Source: an uncultured Verrucomicrobiota bacterium (GTDB taxonomy: Bacteria > Verrucomicrobiota > Verrucomicrobiia > Limisphaerales > SIBE01). From it: 64,000 nucleotides of DNA. The position numbers were made by a program, and so were the translations under genes. Below, piece after piece: positions 54,868-64,000 of the stretch. Where the stretch lies: assembly GCA_964578605.1 (NCBI GenBank), contig CAZODO010000001.1, positions 70,348-134,347 on the forward strand, in the 5' to 3' direction. Every line of letters begins with the position of its first letter. Within the stretch, counting starts at the first letter, position 1. The notes below the pieces were generated by a model. The model did no database searches and was not told the origin of the DNA. It saw only the letters and a list, made by a program, of their open reading frames with translations.

Positions 54868-55913
54868 GCGAGATGGTGTCCTTCCATGGTCACGTCGCCC
54901 GCGCTAATCCGCTCCAGATGCCCATGAGAGGTTCGTAGCAGGAGCGCGCCGCTGGCGTCGAGCGACTCCGCCTGTCCGCGAAAGCGCCGCTGGCCCACTT
55001 GGATCGTGACGGCACGGCCCAGGGTGGCGCATTGGGACTCCCATTCGTCAGCCAGCGCTTCGAAATGGCCGCGGTTCACCCGGGCGTAATCCGCGTCCAG
55101 TTCGCGCAGAATGGCGGCCGCAAGCGCGGCGCGGTCCAGGACATGGCCGCATTCGATCGACAGGGAAGTGGCCACGCTTTGAAGGTCGGCCGGGAAGTCG
55201 CTCACCGAGAGATTCACATTAACTCCGATCCCCACGACCACGTGCTTGATGGCGCCTGGTTCCGCACTGAGTTCGGTCAGAATGCCGGCCACTTTCTTGC
55301 CCGAGAACAGGAGGTCGTTGGGCCATTTGATCTCGGGCCGGAGTTCCGTTTGGTTTCGAATGGCTCGGCTCAGGGCCACGGCGGCGGCGATCGTGAGTTG
55401 AGTCACCGATTCAATCCGCAACTTCGGGCGGAGCAGAACCGAAAGCCAGAGCCCCTTGCCGGCAGGCGACACCCACGTCCGGCCGTGCCTTCCCCGTCCG
55501 CGCGTTTGGGCCTCAGCAAGAACGACTTCACCTTCCTTTGCGCCCCCGCGCGCGAGCAGTTCCACGAGGTCATTGGTGCTGGTGGTTTCCTGAAAGACAC
55601 GGATCTCGCGGCCGATCACGTGCGTGGTGCCCAAGCGTGAAAGCAGGTCGTCCGGATGCAGCGCATCCGGGGCGCGGCGCAGCCGGTAACCCAAATGGGG
55701 GCTGGCTTCGATTTCGTAGCCCAGAGCGCGCAGCGCCTCCACATGCTGGCCAAGGAGATCGGAGCTGATCCCAAGCATGCGGGCAAGATCCGCGCCAGCT
55801 ACGGCCCGTTCACCCGCGTGCCGCAGAAACGTCAGGATCTTCAAATCAACCGTCACAACTCCGCGGTGTGGATGGGGGCCCATTCGCTTTTCCGGGACGA
55901 CTTGCACGTTCAC
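54864..55913 (-). CDS. birA: Bifunctional biotin ligase / biotin operon repressor (class II BirA)
   Basis: N-terminal winged HTH (LKILTFLRHAGERAVAGADLARMLGISSDLLGQHVEALRALGYEIEA) plus GRGRHGRTWVSPAGKGLWLSVLL. GTGA overlap with nadC. Confidence 0.88.
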   Translation of the reverse strand: MNVQVVPEKRMGPHPHRGVVTVDLKILTFLRHAGERAVAGADLARMLGISSDLLGQHVEALRALGYEIEASPHLGYRLRRAPDALHPDDLLSRLGTTHVIGREIRVFQETTSTNDLVELLARGGAKEGEVVLAEAQTRGRGRHGRTWVSPAGKGLWLSVLLRPKLRIESVTQLTIAAAVALSRAIRNQTELRPEIKWPNDLLFSGKKVAGILTELSAEPGAIKHVVVGIGVNVNLSVSDFPADLQSVATSLSIECGHVLDRAALAAAILRELDADYARVNRGHFEALADEWESQCATLGRAVTIQVGQRRFRGQAESLDASGALLLRTSHGHLERISAGDVTMEGHHLA

Positions 55914-56773
55914 TCTCCTTGCTCATCAAAGTCCAGCGCAATATCGGCGGCCCGCGCGGAGTGCGTTAGCGCCCCGACGGAAATCAGATCGACGCCTGTC
56001 TCCGCAATGCGCCGGACACTTTCGAGCGTGACGCCGCCGCTGGCTTCGGTTTGGGCTTTGCCGCTAACCCAACGCACCGCCGTCCGGAGTTGTTCGAGAT
56101 CCATGTTATCGAGAAGGATGATATCAGCGCCGGATTCGAGGGCTTGTTGGACTTGCTCCGGCGTGTCGGCTTCCACCTCGACTTTCAGGTCAGGGAACCG
56201 TGCCCGGGCACGAGCCACGGCGGCGCCGATGGCGGTGTGCGGTTCGTGCCGGAGGGCCGCCAGGTGGTTGTCTTTGATCAAAACCAGGTCGAAGAGCCCC
56301 ATGCGATGGTTGTGACCGCCGCCGCAGGTCACGGCGTATTTCTCCAGCCGCCGCCATCCGGGCGTGGTCTTGCGCGTGTCCAGAATTTTCGCCCGGGTGC
56401 CTTGGACGGCATCGACAAACCTCGCCGTCAGGGTGGCGATGCCCGAGAGCCGTTGGAGGAAATTGAGAGCCACCCGCTCGGCTGTCAGGATGGGGCGGGC
56501 GGGTCCCTTCAATGTCAGGAGCACGTCGCCCTTTTCCAGGCGGCGGCTGTCGGTGGCGATCCGTTGAATCTTAACCTCCAAGGAAAGCAGTTGGAACGCT
56601 GCCTCAGCGAGCGCCAACCCGGCGACCACCAGCGGTTCGCGGGCGACCACGCGCGCGGACGCCTGGGCCGCTTCGGGGACGGTCGCCAGCGTTGTGGCGT
56701 CCCCGGCGCCGATATCTTCGTCCAAGGCCAGGCGCACGATTCGGCGGATCTCGTCGTCTGAGAGTCGTTCCAT
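55910..56773 (-). CDS. nadC: Nicotinate-nucleotide pyrophosphorylase (quinolinate phosphoribosyltransferase)
   Basis: DEDIGAGDATT, KILDTRKTTPGWR and LKVEVEADTPEQVQQALESGADIILLDNM. Start moved to MERLSDD (56773). Confidence 0.88.
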   Translation of the reverse strand: MERLSDDEIRRIVRLALDEDIGAGDATTLATVPEAAQASARVVAREPLVVAGLALAEAAFQLLSLEVKIQRIATDSRRLEKGDVLLTLKGPARPILTAERVALNFLQRLSGIATLTARFVDAVQGTRAKILDTRKTTPGWRRLEKYAVTCGGGHNHRMGLFDLVLIKDNHLAALRHEPHTAIGAAVARARARFPDLKVEVEADTPEQVQQALESGADIILLDNMDLEQLRTAVRWVSGKAQTEASGGVTLESVRRIAETGVDLISVGALTHSARAADIALDFDEQGE

Positions 56774-57011
56774 GCGCGGAGCATGGGGCCAATCTTTGAA
56801 GACGCCAAGCGTGGATGTGCCGGCTGGGAACGCGACCGCGGACGCGCTCCGGGTTGGTGTGTGGCGCAACGGGTCAATGCCAGTTCCGACCCCAGTTCGC
56901 ACAGCTTGTCGTGATCACAAGAACTGCGCACAACGCGCTGCGCTGATCCAGAGCCATTAAGGAGATCCTTTCGCCGCGCAGCGGCAGCCCAAATCCCGGT
57001 GCGAAAAGAGG

Positions 57012-58121
57012 TCAGCGCTGCACCCGGGCGCAGCCGCCCTTCACCAACTTCTCAACTTCCGCGAGGCTGGCCATGGAAGTGTCCCCCGGCGTGGTCATAG
57101 CCAGAGCACCATGGGCGGCTCCGTACTCGACGGCTTTTCGCGGATCGCCAAACGCGAGCATCCCGTAGATCAAGCCCGAAGCGAAGCTGTCACCACCCCC
57201 GACCCGATCGAGGATTTCGAGGTTCTTCCTGTTGGGCGCTTCGTAAAACTGGCCGCCGGCCCAGCAGATCGCGCCCCAATCGTTGATCGTTGCCGATTTC
57301 ACCGCCCGCAAGGTTGTGGCGGTCATCTTGAAATTCGGGAACGCTCGCACGGCCTTTTCGATCATGCTCCGGAAGTGCCGGACATCGATCTCGGAAATGT
57401 TTTCGTCCACGCCTTCGACAGGGAAGCCGAGGCAGGCGGTAAAATCCTCCTCGTTCCCGATCATGACATCGACCTGTTGGGCGATCCGGCGGTTGACCTC
57501 CTGGGCGCGTTTTTGCCCGCCGATGGACTTCCAAAGGGACGGCCGGTAGTTCAGATCGTAGGAAACGATGGTTCCATATTTCCTCGCCGCTTGCACCGCT
57601 TCCTCGGCAAGGGCCGCGGTTGTCTCGGAAAGCGCGGTGAAAATGCCGCCTGTATGGAACCAACGGACCCCTTGGCGGCCGAAGATTTCCTCCCAATCGA
57701 AATCACCCGGTTTGAGCTGGGAAGCCGCCGTGTTCCCGCGATCGGAAATGCCCACCGCCCCTCGAATTCCGAACCCGCGCTCGGTGAAGTTCAGCCCGTT
57801 GCGGACGGTGCGGCCGACGCCGTCATAGGGGCGCCAGCGGATGAAGCTGGGATCGACGCCGCCCCGCAGGATGCAATCTTCCACCAACCGGCCCACGTCG
57901 TTATCGGCGAAAGCCGTCAGCACCGTTGTGCGCATCCCGAAACAACGGCGCAACCCGCGCGCGACGTTATACTCGCCGCCGCCTTCCCAAACCTGGAACT
58001 CGCGGGCGGTTCGGACCCGGCCTTCGCCTGGGTCGAGGCGGAGCATCACCTCGCCCAGCGCGGCCAGGTCAAAGCGGCACGATTCGGCAGGCTTGATGGT
58101 CAATAAAGACACCGTGGGCAA
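57012..58121 (-). CDS. PfkB-family sugar kinase (2-dehydro-3-deoxygluconokinase-like)
   Basis: FDLAALGEVMLRLDP N-terminus and the C-terminal DRVGGGDSFASGLIYG (DxxGxGDxF) motif. 369 aa. Substrate not assignable. Confidence 0.75.
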   Translation of the reverse strand: MPTVSLLTIKPAESCRFDLAALGEVMLRLDPGEGRVRTAREFQVWEGGGEYNVARGLRRCFGMRTTVLTAFADNDVGRLVEDCILRGGVDPSFIRWRPYDGVGRTVRNGLNFTERGFGIRGAVGISDRGNTAASQLKPGDFDWEEIFGRQGVRWFHTGGIFTALSETTAALAEEAVQAARKYGTIVSYDLNYRPSLWKSIGGQKRAQEVNRRIAQQVDVMIGNEEDFTACLGFPVEGVDENISEIDVRHFRSMIEKAVRAFPNFKMTATTLRAVKSATINDWGAICWAGGQFYEAPNRKNLEILDRVGGGDSFASGLIYGMLAFGDPRKAVEYGAAHGALAMTTPGDTSMASLAEVEKLVKGGCARVQR

Positions 58122-58145
58122 GGGGATGGAGCCCGAAGGAACCCC

Positions 58146-58907
58146 TTAATCACGCAGGCGCCAGAACTTCATATCCGCCACGCCGGGATTGATTTCGTAC
58201 CGGTTTCGGGCGTTGGTGATATCCTTGAAGGGGCCATCGACACCGTCGCTCACCTGGAGGACCGAAAGGCCCGTCCACTCGACAACCACTTTGTTCCGGT
58301 CACGGCGAATGGAAACCTGGGTGGGGTCGCCGCCACTGATGATGCGGGAGGCGAAGTTGGCCTTGGGATTGCCGCCCCAGCTGAAAAGCAGCCATTCTTC
58401 GCCCGATTTCTGCCAGATATCGTCGTAGCTCCGCCCGACCGAAGGAACCGGCCGGAAAACCAGCCCGGCGCGATCGCCAATAATGCCGCCCAATCCCCCG
58501 AACTGGATCGTCCAGATCAGGTCGGTGGGGACGGAGATATTGAGGTTGCTGAATTTCTTCGTTTGCCATCCCGGCGAAATGGAAAACTCGCCGCTGTCAT
58601 AGAGGACGGTTCCAGGCGTGGGATTTCCATCCGAGCCCAGCGGGCCGTCGGGCTTGTAAACGCGCAGGCGGGCGGTTTCGTCGCCTACGGGTGTGAAATC
58701 GCCGTAATATTCGAATAGGAATTGCGACATCACTCGGCTGGTGCCGCCCAGGAGCACTTCGTCGCCAAATTCGAAGGCGGTGTTGTAATAGACGTTCGTT
58801 CCACCTGTGTCGGAGTTATCGTAGACAATCTCCGATCGCGCGGTTGCGGTGAATACCAGGATGGCCAACAGGGAGAATAGCCAGCGTGCGGATGAGGAGG
58901 GAGGCAT
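58146..58907 (-). CDS. Secreted hypothetical protein ending in an FWR/FYR-type module
   Basis: Signal peptide MPPSSSARWLFSLLAILVFTATARS. Ends ...VVVEWTGLSVLQVSDGVDGPFKDI...MKFWRLRD. Confidence 0.7.
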   Translation of the reverse strand: MPPSSSARWLFSLLAILVFTATARSEIVYDNSDTGGTNVYYNTAFEFGDEVLLGGTSRVMSQFLFEYYGDFTPVGDETARLRVYKPDGPLGSDGNPTPGTVLYDSGEFSISPGWQTKKFSNLNISVPTDLIWTIQFGGLGGIIGDRAGLVFRPVPSVGRSYDDIWQKSGEEWLLFSWGGNPKANFASRIISGGDPTQVSIRRDRNKVVVEWTGLSVLQVSDGVDGPFKDITNARNRYEINPGVADMKFWRLRD

Positions 58908-59224
58908 AACGCTTTATTGACTCAGGCTTTAACTTATCGTACGGACGCTCGCCGGGCCCCAGCCCGCGGCGATCAGTGCATCGGTCAACTCGAACGCGGA
59001 TTGTATCGACTTCAAAGGCGGCAATCAAAGACTTTCTGCCTCGCACCGACGATTTCTAGTCCCTCGCGGTCTTTTCGGTGGAATACGGGCTTTCTTTCGA
59101 GTGGGATCGTTGACTCATTGAGGCCGCAGGCCTGAAGCAAGAGAGCAATTCCACTGAAAACAGCGAAGAACCTGATTTCGAAGGCGCGCCGACGCGCCGT
59201 CACGGCCTTGCCAAACGCCTTGAC

Positions 59225-60589
59225 ATGAATCCGTCTCCTGCGACACATAGGCCCATGACCAAAGTTCTCTTGGCAAGCGCGATTCTGGCGTCTGCACCCC
59301 TGCTGGCGGCAGCCGATGATTATACCCTGCACTCGTTCCGGAAAGTTCAGGTCACAGACAAATTCTGGTCCGAAGGGGCCTATTATGGCGACTTCAACAA
59401 AGACGGAGAGATGGACATCGTTTCCGGGCCGTTCTGGTATGAGGGGCCGGGCTTTGTGAAACGCCACGAGTTCTACCCGGCGACGGCCACCTTTACCCGC
59501 AAAGACGCGGAAGGTAAGGACGAGGTGGTTGCGGGGTACGAAGGTGCGCTGGGCTCGAAAAATGCCTATTCGAACAATTTCGTGACGAGCACAGACGATA
59601 TCAACGGCGATGGCTGGACGGATATCTTCGTCATCGGGATGCCTGGCGAGGAGTGTTATTGGTATGAAAACCCCAAAGGACGGGAGGGGCACTGGGCGCG
59701 TTACGTTGCCATTGCCGTAACCGACAACGAATCGCCCATCTTTGCCGATATCGTGGGGGACAGCAAACCCGAGCTGGTCTGCAACTCGAAAGGGTTCTTT
59801 GGTTATGCCGCTCCGGATCGTGCCGACCCGGCCAAGGCCTGGACTTTCCGTCCGATCAGCCCCAACAACAATTATCACAAGTACAATCATGGCCTCGGGG
59901 TGGGCGACGTGAATGGGGACGGCCACAAGGATCTCCTTGAGAAAGACGGCTGGTGGGAGCAACCGGAATCCTTGGCGGGCGACCCTGTTTGGAAGCATCA
60001 TCCCTATCCGTTTGCCCCGAACACCGGCGCCGCGCACCTTTACGCCTATGACATCAATGGCGACGGGCTCAATGACGTCCTCACCAGCCTGAACCCGCAT
60101 GGGTACGGTTTGGCCTGGTTCGAACAGGTCAAAGAGAGCGGGAGTATCACCTTCAAGAAGCACCTGATTCTGAACGAGCGGCCAGACAAGGATACCCGGC
60201 CGCAGCCGAACAAGTACGGCGTGATTTTCTCCCAGCACCACGCCATCGACATCGCGGACATCGACGGCGATGGGCTCACGGACTTTGTCATCGGCAAACG
60301 GTTCTGGGCGCATGGCCCTTCCGGCGACGACGAACCGAACGCCCCGGCGGTCCTCTATTGGTTCCAGCTTGTGCGCCCCAACAATTCGGCGGAGTTCATC
60401 CCCCACCTGATCGACAGCGACTCGGGCGTCGGAACCCAGGTGGCCGTGGCGGATCTCAATAAAGACCGGTTATTGGATGTGATCGTCGGCAATAAGAAGG
60501 GCACGTTCGTCTTCCTGCACGAGACCAAGAAGGTCAGCAAGGCCGAGTGGGAAAACGCGCAGCCCAAGCCGGTTGTGGCGGGCAACTGA
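59225..60589 (+). CDS. Secreted FG-GAP/VCBS repeat (integrin-alpha-like propeller) protein
   Basis: Signal peptide, then repeated Ca-binding loops: FNKDGEMDIVSG, DINGDGWTDIFVIG, DVNGDGHKDLL, DINGDGLNDVL, DIDGDGLTDFVIG, DLNKDRLLDVIVG. Confidence 0.85.
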   Translation: MNPSPATHRPMTKVLLASAILASAPLLAAADDYTLHSFRKVQVTDKFWSEGAYYGDFNKDGEMDIVSGPFWYEGPGFVKRHEFYPATATFTRKDAEGKDEVVAGYEGALGSKNAYSNNFVTSTDDINGDGWTDIFVIGMPGEECYWYENPKGREGHWARYVAIAVTDNESPIFADIVGDSKPELVCNSKGFFGYAAPDRADPAKAWTFRPISPNNNYHKYNHGLGVGDVNGDGHKDLLEKDGWWEQPESLAGDPVWKHHPYPFAPNTGAAHLYAYDINGDGLNDVLTSLNPHGYGLAWFEQVKESGSITFKKHLILNERPDKDTRPQPNKYGVIFSQHHAIDIADIDGDGLTDFVIGKRFWAHGPSGDDEPNAPAVLYWFQLVRPNNSAEFIPHLIDSDSGVGTQVAVADLNKDRLLDVIVGNKKGTFVFLHETKKVSKAEWENAQPKPVVAGN

Positions 60590-60614
60590 CAGAATCCAAG
60601 ATGAAATGTCGCAC

Positions 60615-60641
60615 ACGATGGTGACTCTTTGTCACCATCGT
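60615..60641. terminator. Putative bidirectional terminator hairpin
   Basis: ACGATGGTGAC-TCTTT-GTCACCATCGT, a perfect 11-bp stem in the 96-bp convergent spacer. The flanking T-tracts are weak. Confidence 0.45.
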
Positions 60642-60685
60642 TGCTTGCCGTTGAAAGCCAGTGACTTGAGTGGCCCGGCCGGAGC

Positions 60686-63271
60686 TTAGTCTTCGTCCGG
60701 GTCGTCTGCGTGTGGAAACACAAAAGCGGCTCGGACGGGCGCCGGCGCCGGCTGATCCGGGCCGCGCATGGCACGCCAGATCACTTCGTTAAGCAACAGG
60801 TCATCTGCGGCGTCTTCCTTCGAGAAATCCATCCTGCTGGATGCTTCGTTGCCCCACGCGGTCTTGCCGTTGCGCTCCTCGAGATCGACGGTGACGGGCA
60901 GGTGGGTGTAAGGCCGGAGGTCGGGCTTCGCTTGGAAGGAGTTGAACATGGGCACCGCCGCGGCGTCGAATTGGGACATCGGCTTGAGCCCCAGGATAAG
61001 CTCCATTGTGCGCAACATGCTGCTGGTTGAGTACATGGTCGAGTCCACCGCGCCACGTTTCGCATAGGGGCTAATCGCATAGGCGATCGTGCGGTGGGCA
61101 TCCACGTGGTCTGCCCCATTTTGGGCGTCGTCTTCGACCACGAAGATGGCGGTGGTGGGCCAGAATTTCGAGTGGCTGATGGCTTCAACAATCCTCCCGA
61201 AGGCGAGATCGTTATCGGCGACCATGGCCCTGGGAGTGCGCTTCCCGGCCGTGGTGCCATGGGTATGATCGTTGGGAAGCCGGACGAGTTGCAGACGCGG
61301 CATTTGGCCCTCGTTCTCGAACCGTTTCAGTTCCTCGATAAACCGCTCGGCGCGCTTGATATCCAGGTAATCGAGGTCCCACGGCCGGAACCACTCGTCG
61401 AAATGGTCGCGCAGGGAAGCAACGCGGCTGGTGGCGGGATGCTCGGGCGTCTGGCCGGCATTCACGAATTCGCCGTAGCTGCGATAGCTGACCCCGGCCT
61501 CGGCCGCGCGATCCCAGATATAGCCGGACGGCGGTTCGGCAATCTTGAACCGGCCTTCGGAAGGGTAGGGGAATTTGCCGCTCTGGTTGTGCCCATAGCT
61601 TAACGGCCAGGATTTCTCGACGAAATCGGTGGCATACGCGCCCACCGTCCATTCGTGGCCGTCGGCACTGACCTCGGCCTCGACATAGAAGTTATCGAGG
61701 AGCACGAATTCACGGGCCAGTTGGTGATGGTTAGGCGTGATTTCCTCCGGAAAAAGGCAAAGCGCCGGGTCGCCGTTGCCCTCGGGCATGTCGCCCAACA
61801 TTTGGTCGTAGGTTCGGTTCTCCTTGATGATGTAAATGCAGTGGGTGATCGGGCTGGGGTCTCCCAGTTTCATGGGAACCGGGTTTCCAGCTTGCCCGCG
61901 CGTCGCGAGATTGGGATCGGCCTGGAGCGGACTGCAACGGTACGCATTGGCCGTAGGGTCGCGGAGTTCCGCCTCGAACGCGCTTCTTGAGGGAAGGGGA
62001 ATCACGCTGAGCGTCCCGTGGAACAGGCCGCCGATGTATTCCTCCGTGGTGCCGGGCGGGCGGCGTTTGCCAGGAGCAGGGCCTTGAGGGTTGGCTCTCG
62101 AGACGAGCCCTTTGCCGTTGGCGACGAGCAGCGTCTTGCCATCCGGTGTGACGCGCACGGATGTGGGATACCATCCCACAGGAATGAACCCGAGCGCGCG
62201 GCTCTTTCCCGGCTTGCTCACGTCGAACACGGCCACGTTGTTGTTGCAGGCGTTGGCGACAAAGAGCACGCGCTCGTCGGGGGTGAGGGCCAGGCTGTTA
62301 GGCGTCGAGCCGGGCGGCGATTTGGGATAGAGGGCGGCAGTGAGCGTCTCGATCGGCTTGCCGCTGTCTGTGTCGATGACGGTGACCGTATTGCGGTTGG
62401 CGTTGGCGACGTAAAGGAGTTTGCCGGACTGGTTCAGGACCATCTCATTGGGGTGATCGCCTGCTTGCCAGTGCGCCTCCACTCGACGCGTCTGGAGATC
62501 GATCACCGCAACGCACGCTTCCGCCCAAAGACTGACATAAAGGCGTTGACGCCGGTCATCCACCCGGCAGGCGTAAGGAAAGGGGTCCCCCGTCTTCGCC
62601 TCGTCCAGCAAAGCCTCGTCCCGTTTGGTCGCTGCGGCCGTGTCCGCATCGGTCGGGGGCACGACCCGCGCGTCAGCAGGCGCCGGTTCGGGGCGCGTCA
62701 ACGGGAGATGCCACACGTTCGTCGGGTGCTCTAGTTGGATACCGGTGACCTGATGGCCCCAGACATTCGCGGCATAGAGCATCGTTCCGGTCGGGTCGAG
62801 GGCCAGTCCCGCGGGCACGCCGCGTTCTTTCGGATCCCGCAGCACAAGGCGGCGATGGTCTAACAAGCGGCCTTCTTCAAAGCGAAAGGAGTGAATCGTC
62901 TCTGTGCCGGCACCGCTGCAGAAGAGTTGGCCTCCATCTGTGGAGAACTCGAGGCCATAGAAGCTCTCGTCGAGATTCGTCCGGCAGACGACCTCGAGGC
63001 TAGCCAGGTCCACAACAGCCACCAGATGCTTCCCATACCCGCTATGGAGAATGGCGGCATGGCGCCCGGCGGGGTGCACCGCGATATTCACCGGGAAATC
63101 GCCCAGGGAAACCTGCTTGCCGGCCGGACGCAACGACCATTGGTTCGGCAGGAGCACCGAACCATCCGGGCGCATCCCAGGCCACAACACCTGGTCGCGG
63201 GCGGCGTCCGCGGGGAGGTTGTCAAGACAAAGAGCCAAGCCGGCGGCGAGCGCCAAGAGTATTCTTCTCAT
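60686..63271 (-). CDS. Fusion of YncE/YVTN-type beta-propeller and phosphoesterase (PlcC/AcpA-like) domains, secreted
   Basis: Signal peptide MRRILLALAAGLALCLDNLPADA (ATG 63271). Propeller repeats: LYAANVWGHQV, LYVANANRNTVTVID, LFVANACNNNVAVFD, LLVANGKG. Phosphoesterase region: IYIIKENRTYDQMLGD...PNDHTHG...VVEDDAQNGADHVDAHR. The first 207 aa of the track ORF overlap the next gene and were dropped. Confidence 0.82.
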   Translation of the reverse strand: MRRILLALAAGLALCLDNLPADAARDQVLWPGMRPDGSVLLPNQWSLRPAGKQVSLGDFPVNIAVHPAGRHAAILHSGYGKHLVAVVDLASLEVVCRTNLDESFYGLEFSTDGGQLFCSGAGTETIHSFRFEEGRLLDHRRLVLRDPKERGVPAGLALDPTGTMLYAANVWGHQVTGIQLEHPTNVWHLPLTRPEPAPADARVVPPTDADTAAATKRDEALLDEAKTGDPFPYACRVDDRRQRLYVSLWAEACVAVIDLQTRRVEAHWQAGDHPNEMVLNQSGKLLYVANANRNTVTVIDTDSGKPIETLTAALYPKSPPGSTPNSLALTPDERVLFVANACNNNVAVFDVSKPGKSRALGFIPVGWYPTSVRVTPDGKTLLVANGKGLVSRANPQGPAPGKRRPPGTTEEYIGGLFHGTLSVIPLPSRSAFEAELRDPTANAYRCSPLQADPNLATRGQAGNPVPMKLGDPSPITHCIYIIKENRTYDQMLGDMPEGNGDPALCLFPEEITPNHHQLAREFVLLDNFYVEAEVSADGHEWTVGAYATDFVEKSWPLSYGHNQSGKFPYPSEGRFKIAEPPSGYIWDRAAEAGVSYRSYGEFVNAGQTPEHPATSRVASLRDHFDEWFRPWDLDYLDIKRAERFIEELKRFENEGQMPRLQLVRLPNDHTHGTTAGKRTPRAMVADNDLAFGRIVEAISHSKFWPTTAIFVVEDDAQNGADHVDAHRTIAYAISPYAKRGAVDSTMYSTSSMLRTMELILGLKPMSQFDAAAVPMFNSFQAKPDLRPYTHLPVTVDLEERNGKTAWGNEASSRMDFSKEDAADDLLLNEVIWRAMRGPDQPAPAPVRAAFVFPHADDPDED

Positions 63272-63342
63272 ACGGAGTGGCGTTGTTATGCCAAACGCGA
63301 GCGGGGCGAGTAAAGCAAGGAACCTCGGAGTCGCCAAAGGTC

Positions 63343-64000
63343 CTACTCCCTCGTTTGCTTCACAACGTGCAGGAGCCAGTCGCTGATTTCGGGTGTGCCC
63401 GGATAGTTCTGTGGGCAGCTCAGCCGCTGGCACGCGCCGCCTGAGAGGGTTCTTGGGCGCCCGCGTTCGAAGGTGGCCAAGTTGATCCAACTTGCGTCGA
63501 ATTGATCTTTGGCCGCCGACGAGCGGAGGTCCAGGCGAAGGGATCCGTTCCAGCGCAGGTAAACAAGATACTCTTCTCCCGGCACGGCCGCGCAGAACGG
63601 AGCCGGGTACTCCGTCACCAACTCCGGATGCGGCTCCAGCTTCCACCAGGGTCTGGATCTCAGGAACCGCGCGATCGAGCCGAGGCTGGCGGCGCCCGGG
63701 TAATCGAGCGTGTCGCGTTCGAAGCCCATCTCCATGGGCCAGGTATCTTCTCCAGCGGGCGCTTCCGGCACATGCGCTTTCCAGACGTGGCCACCCCCGT
63801 AGGAATGCCCGGCGGCGCCCGAAAGAATGGCCGAAAGGGCCCCGAACCGAATGTCCTCGGCCGTGGGATTGCCCTCGATGAATTCGTACCACGGCTCCGT
63901 CACCACCGTGGGTTTGGCGGGGACGCGGGCGTAATCAGCCGCGATGACCGAAGGGATCATCTCATTGCGCCAGCGGCCGTGACCGACCTGGCTTTGGTTG
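63343..64000 (-). CDS. C-terminal part of a DUF4038/GH140-like glycoside hydrolase with collagenase-type binding domain (gene runs off the right edge)
   Basis: The frame stays open upstream of the track Met (…NQSQVGHGRWRNEMIPSV…). ...AAGHSYGGGHVW... and the C-terminal ...GEEYLVYLRWNGSLRLDLRSS...ASWINLATFERG fit the pattern I remember for this family. Confidence 0.5.
   Translation of the reverse strand, partial: NQSQVGHGRWRNEMIPSVIAADYARVPAKPTVVTEPWYEFIEGNPTAEDIRFGALSAILSGAAGHSYGGGHVWKAHVPEAPAGEDTWPMEMGFERDTLDYPGAASLGSIARFLRSRPWWKLEPHPELVTEYPAPFCAAVPGEEYLVYLRWNGSLRLDLRSSAAKDQFDASWINLATFERGRPRTLSGGACQRLSCPQNYPGTPEISDWLLHVVKQTRE

Noticed and set aside
60686-63892. N-terminal extensions of track ORFs: 60686..63892, 34976..36406, 41577..42626, 48269..48862, 29805..34940, 18980..20326, 20257..21561 and 55910..56902.
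   Set aside because: The extensions overlap neighbouring genes or are Arg-rich. An internal Met followed by a signal peptide or a conserved family N-terminus gives a far better start.

Overview
GC-rich (about 60% by eye) chromosomal window. The domain repertoire (CotH plus lamin-tail giant protein, DUF11, FG-GAP, secreted proteins ending in an FYR-type module) suggests a PVC-superphylum bacterium (Verrucomicrobiota/Planctomycetota-like), at low confidence. I support about 50 protein-coding genes. I saw no rRNA, tRNA, CRISPR array, transposase, integrase or recognisable defence system, so most of the window looks like core genome. The main feature is a 12.3 kb, ten-gene minus-strand operon (3288..15604). 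It encodes the whole methylmalonyl-CoA (Wood-Werkman) succinate-to-propionate route: 5S and 12S transcarboxylase subunits, 1.3S biotin carrier, B12 mutase alpha/beta, MeaB, epimerase and CoA-transferase. It also carries two unusual passengers, an HTH-less biotin ligase and an OadG-like small protein without a membrane anchor. Other blocks are FmdB-MFS-recA-pfk-hisDC (plus strand), a 1,689-aa secreted CotH/lamin-tail protein next to a NYN-LOTUS protein, a glycan-biosynthesis cluster (GT2, flippase, GT4, M20 deacylase, epimerase), nadC-birA-coaX, and a secreted-enzyme cluster at the right edge (FG-GAP, YncE-propeller/phosphoesterase fusion, GH140-like). The most unexplained signals are non-coding: an AT-rich island with helically phased 11-bp repeats in inverted arrays beside a decayed topoisomerase-type zinc-finger ORF (2864..3279); a 17-nt GAACA/TGTTC palindromic word shared by two distant intergenic regions (22690 and 48839), the second next to a perfect 17-bp inverted repeat; and two unusually long spacers (28128..28857, 42360..42871). 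All calls come from reading the sequence and translated ORFs by eye. Start codons are best guesses. Many track ORFs were shortened to a signal peptide or conserved N-terminus, and many antisense shadow ORFs were discarded.
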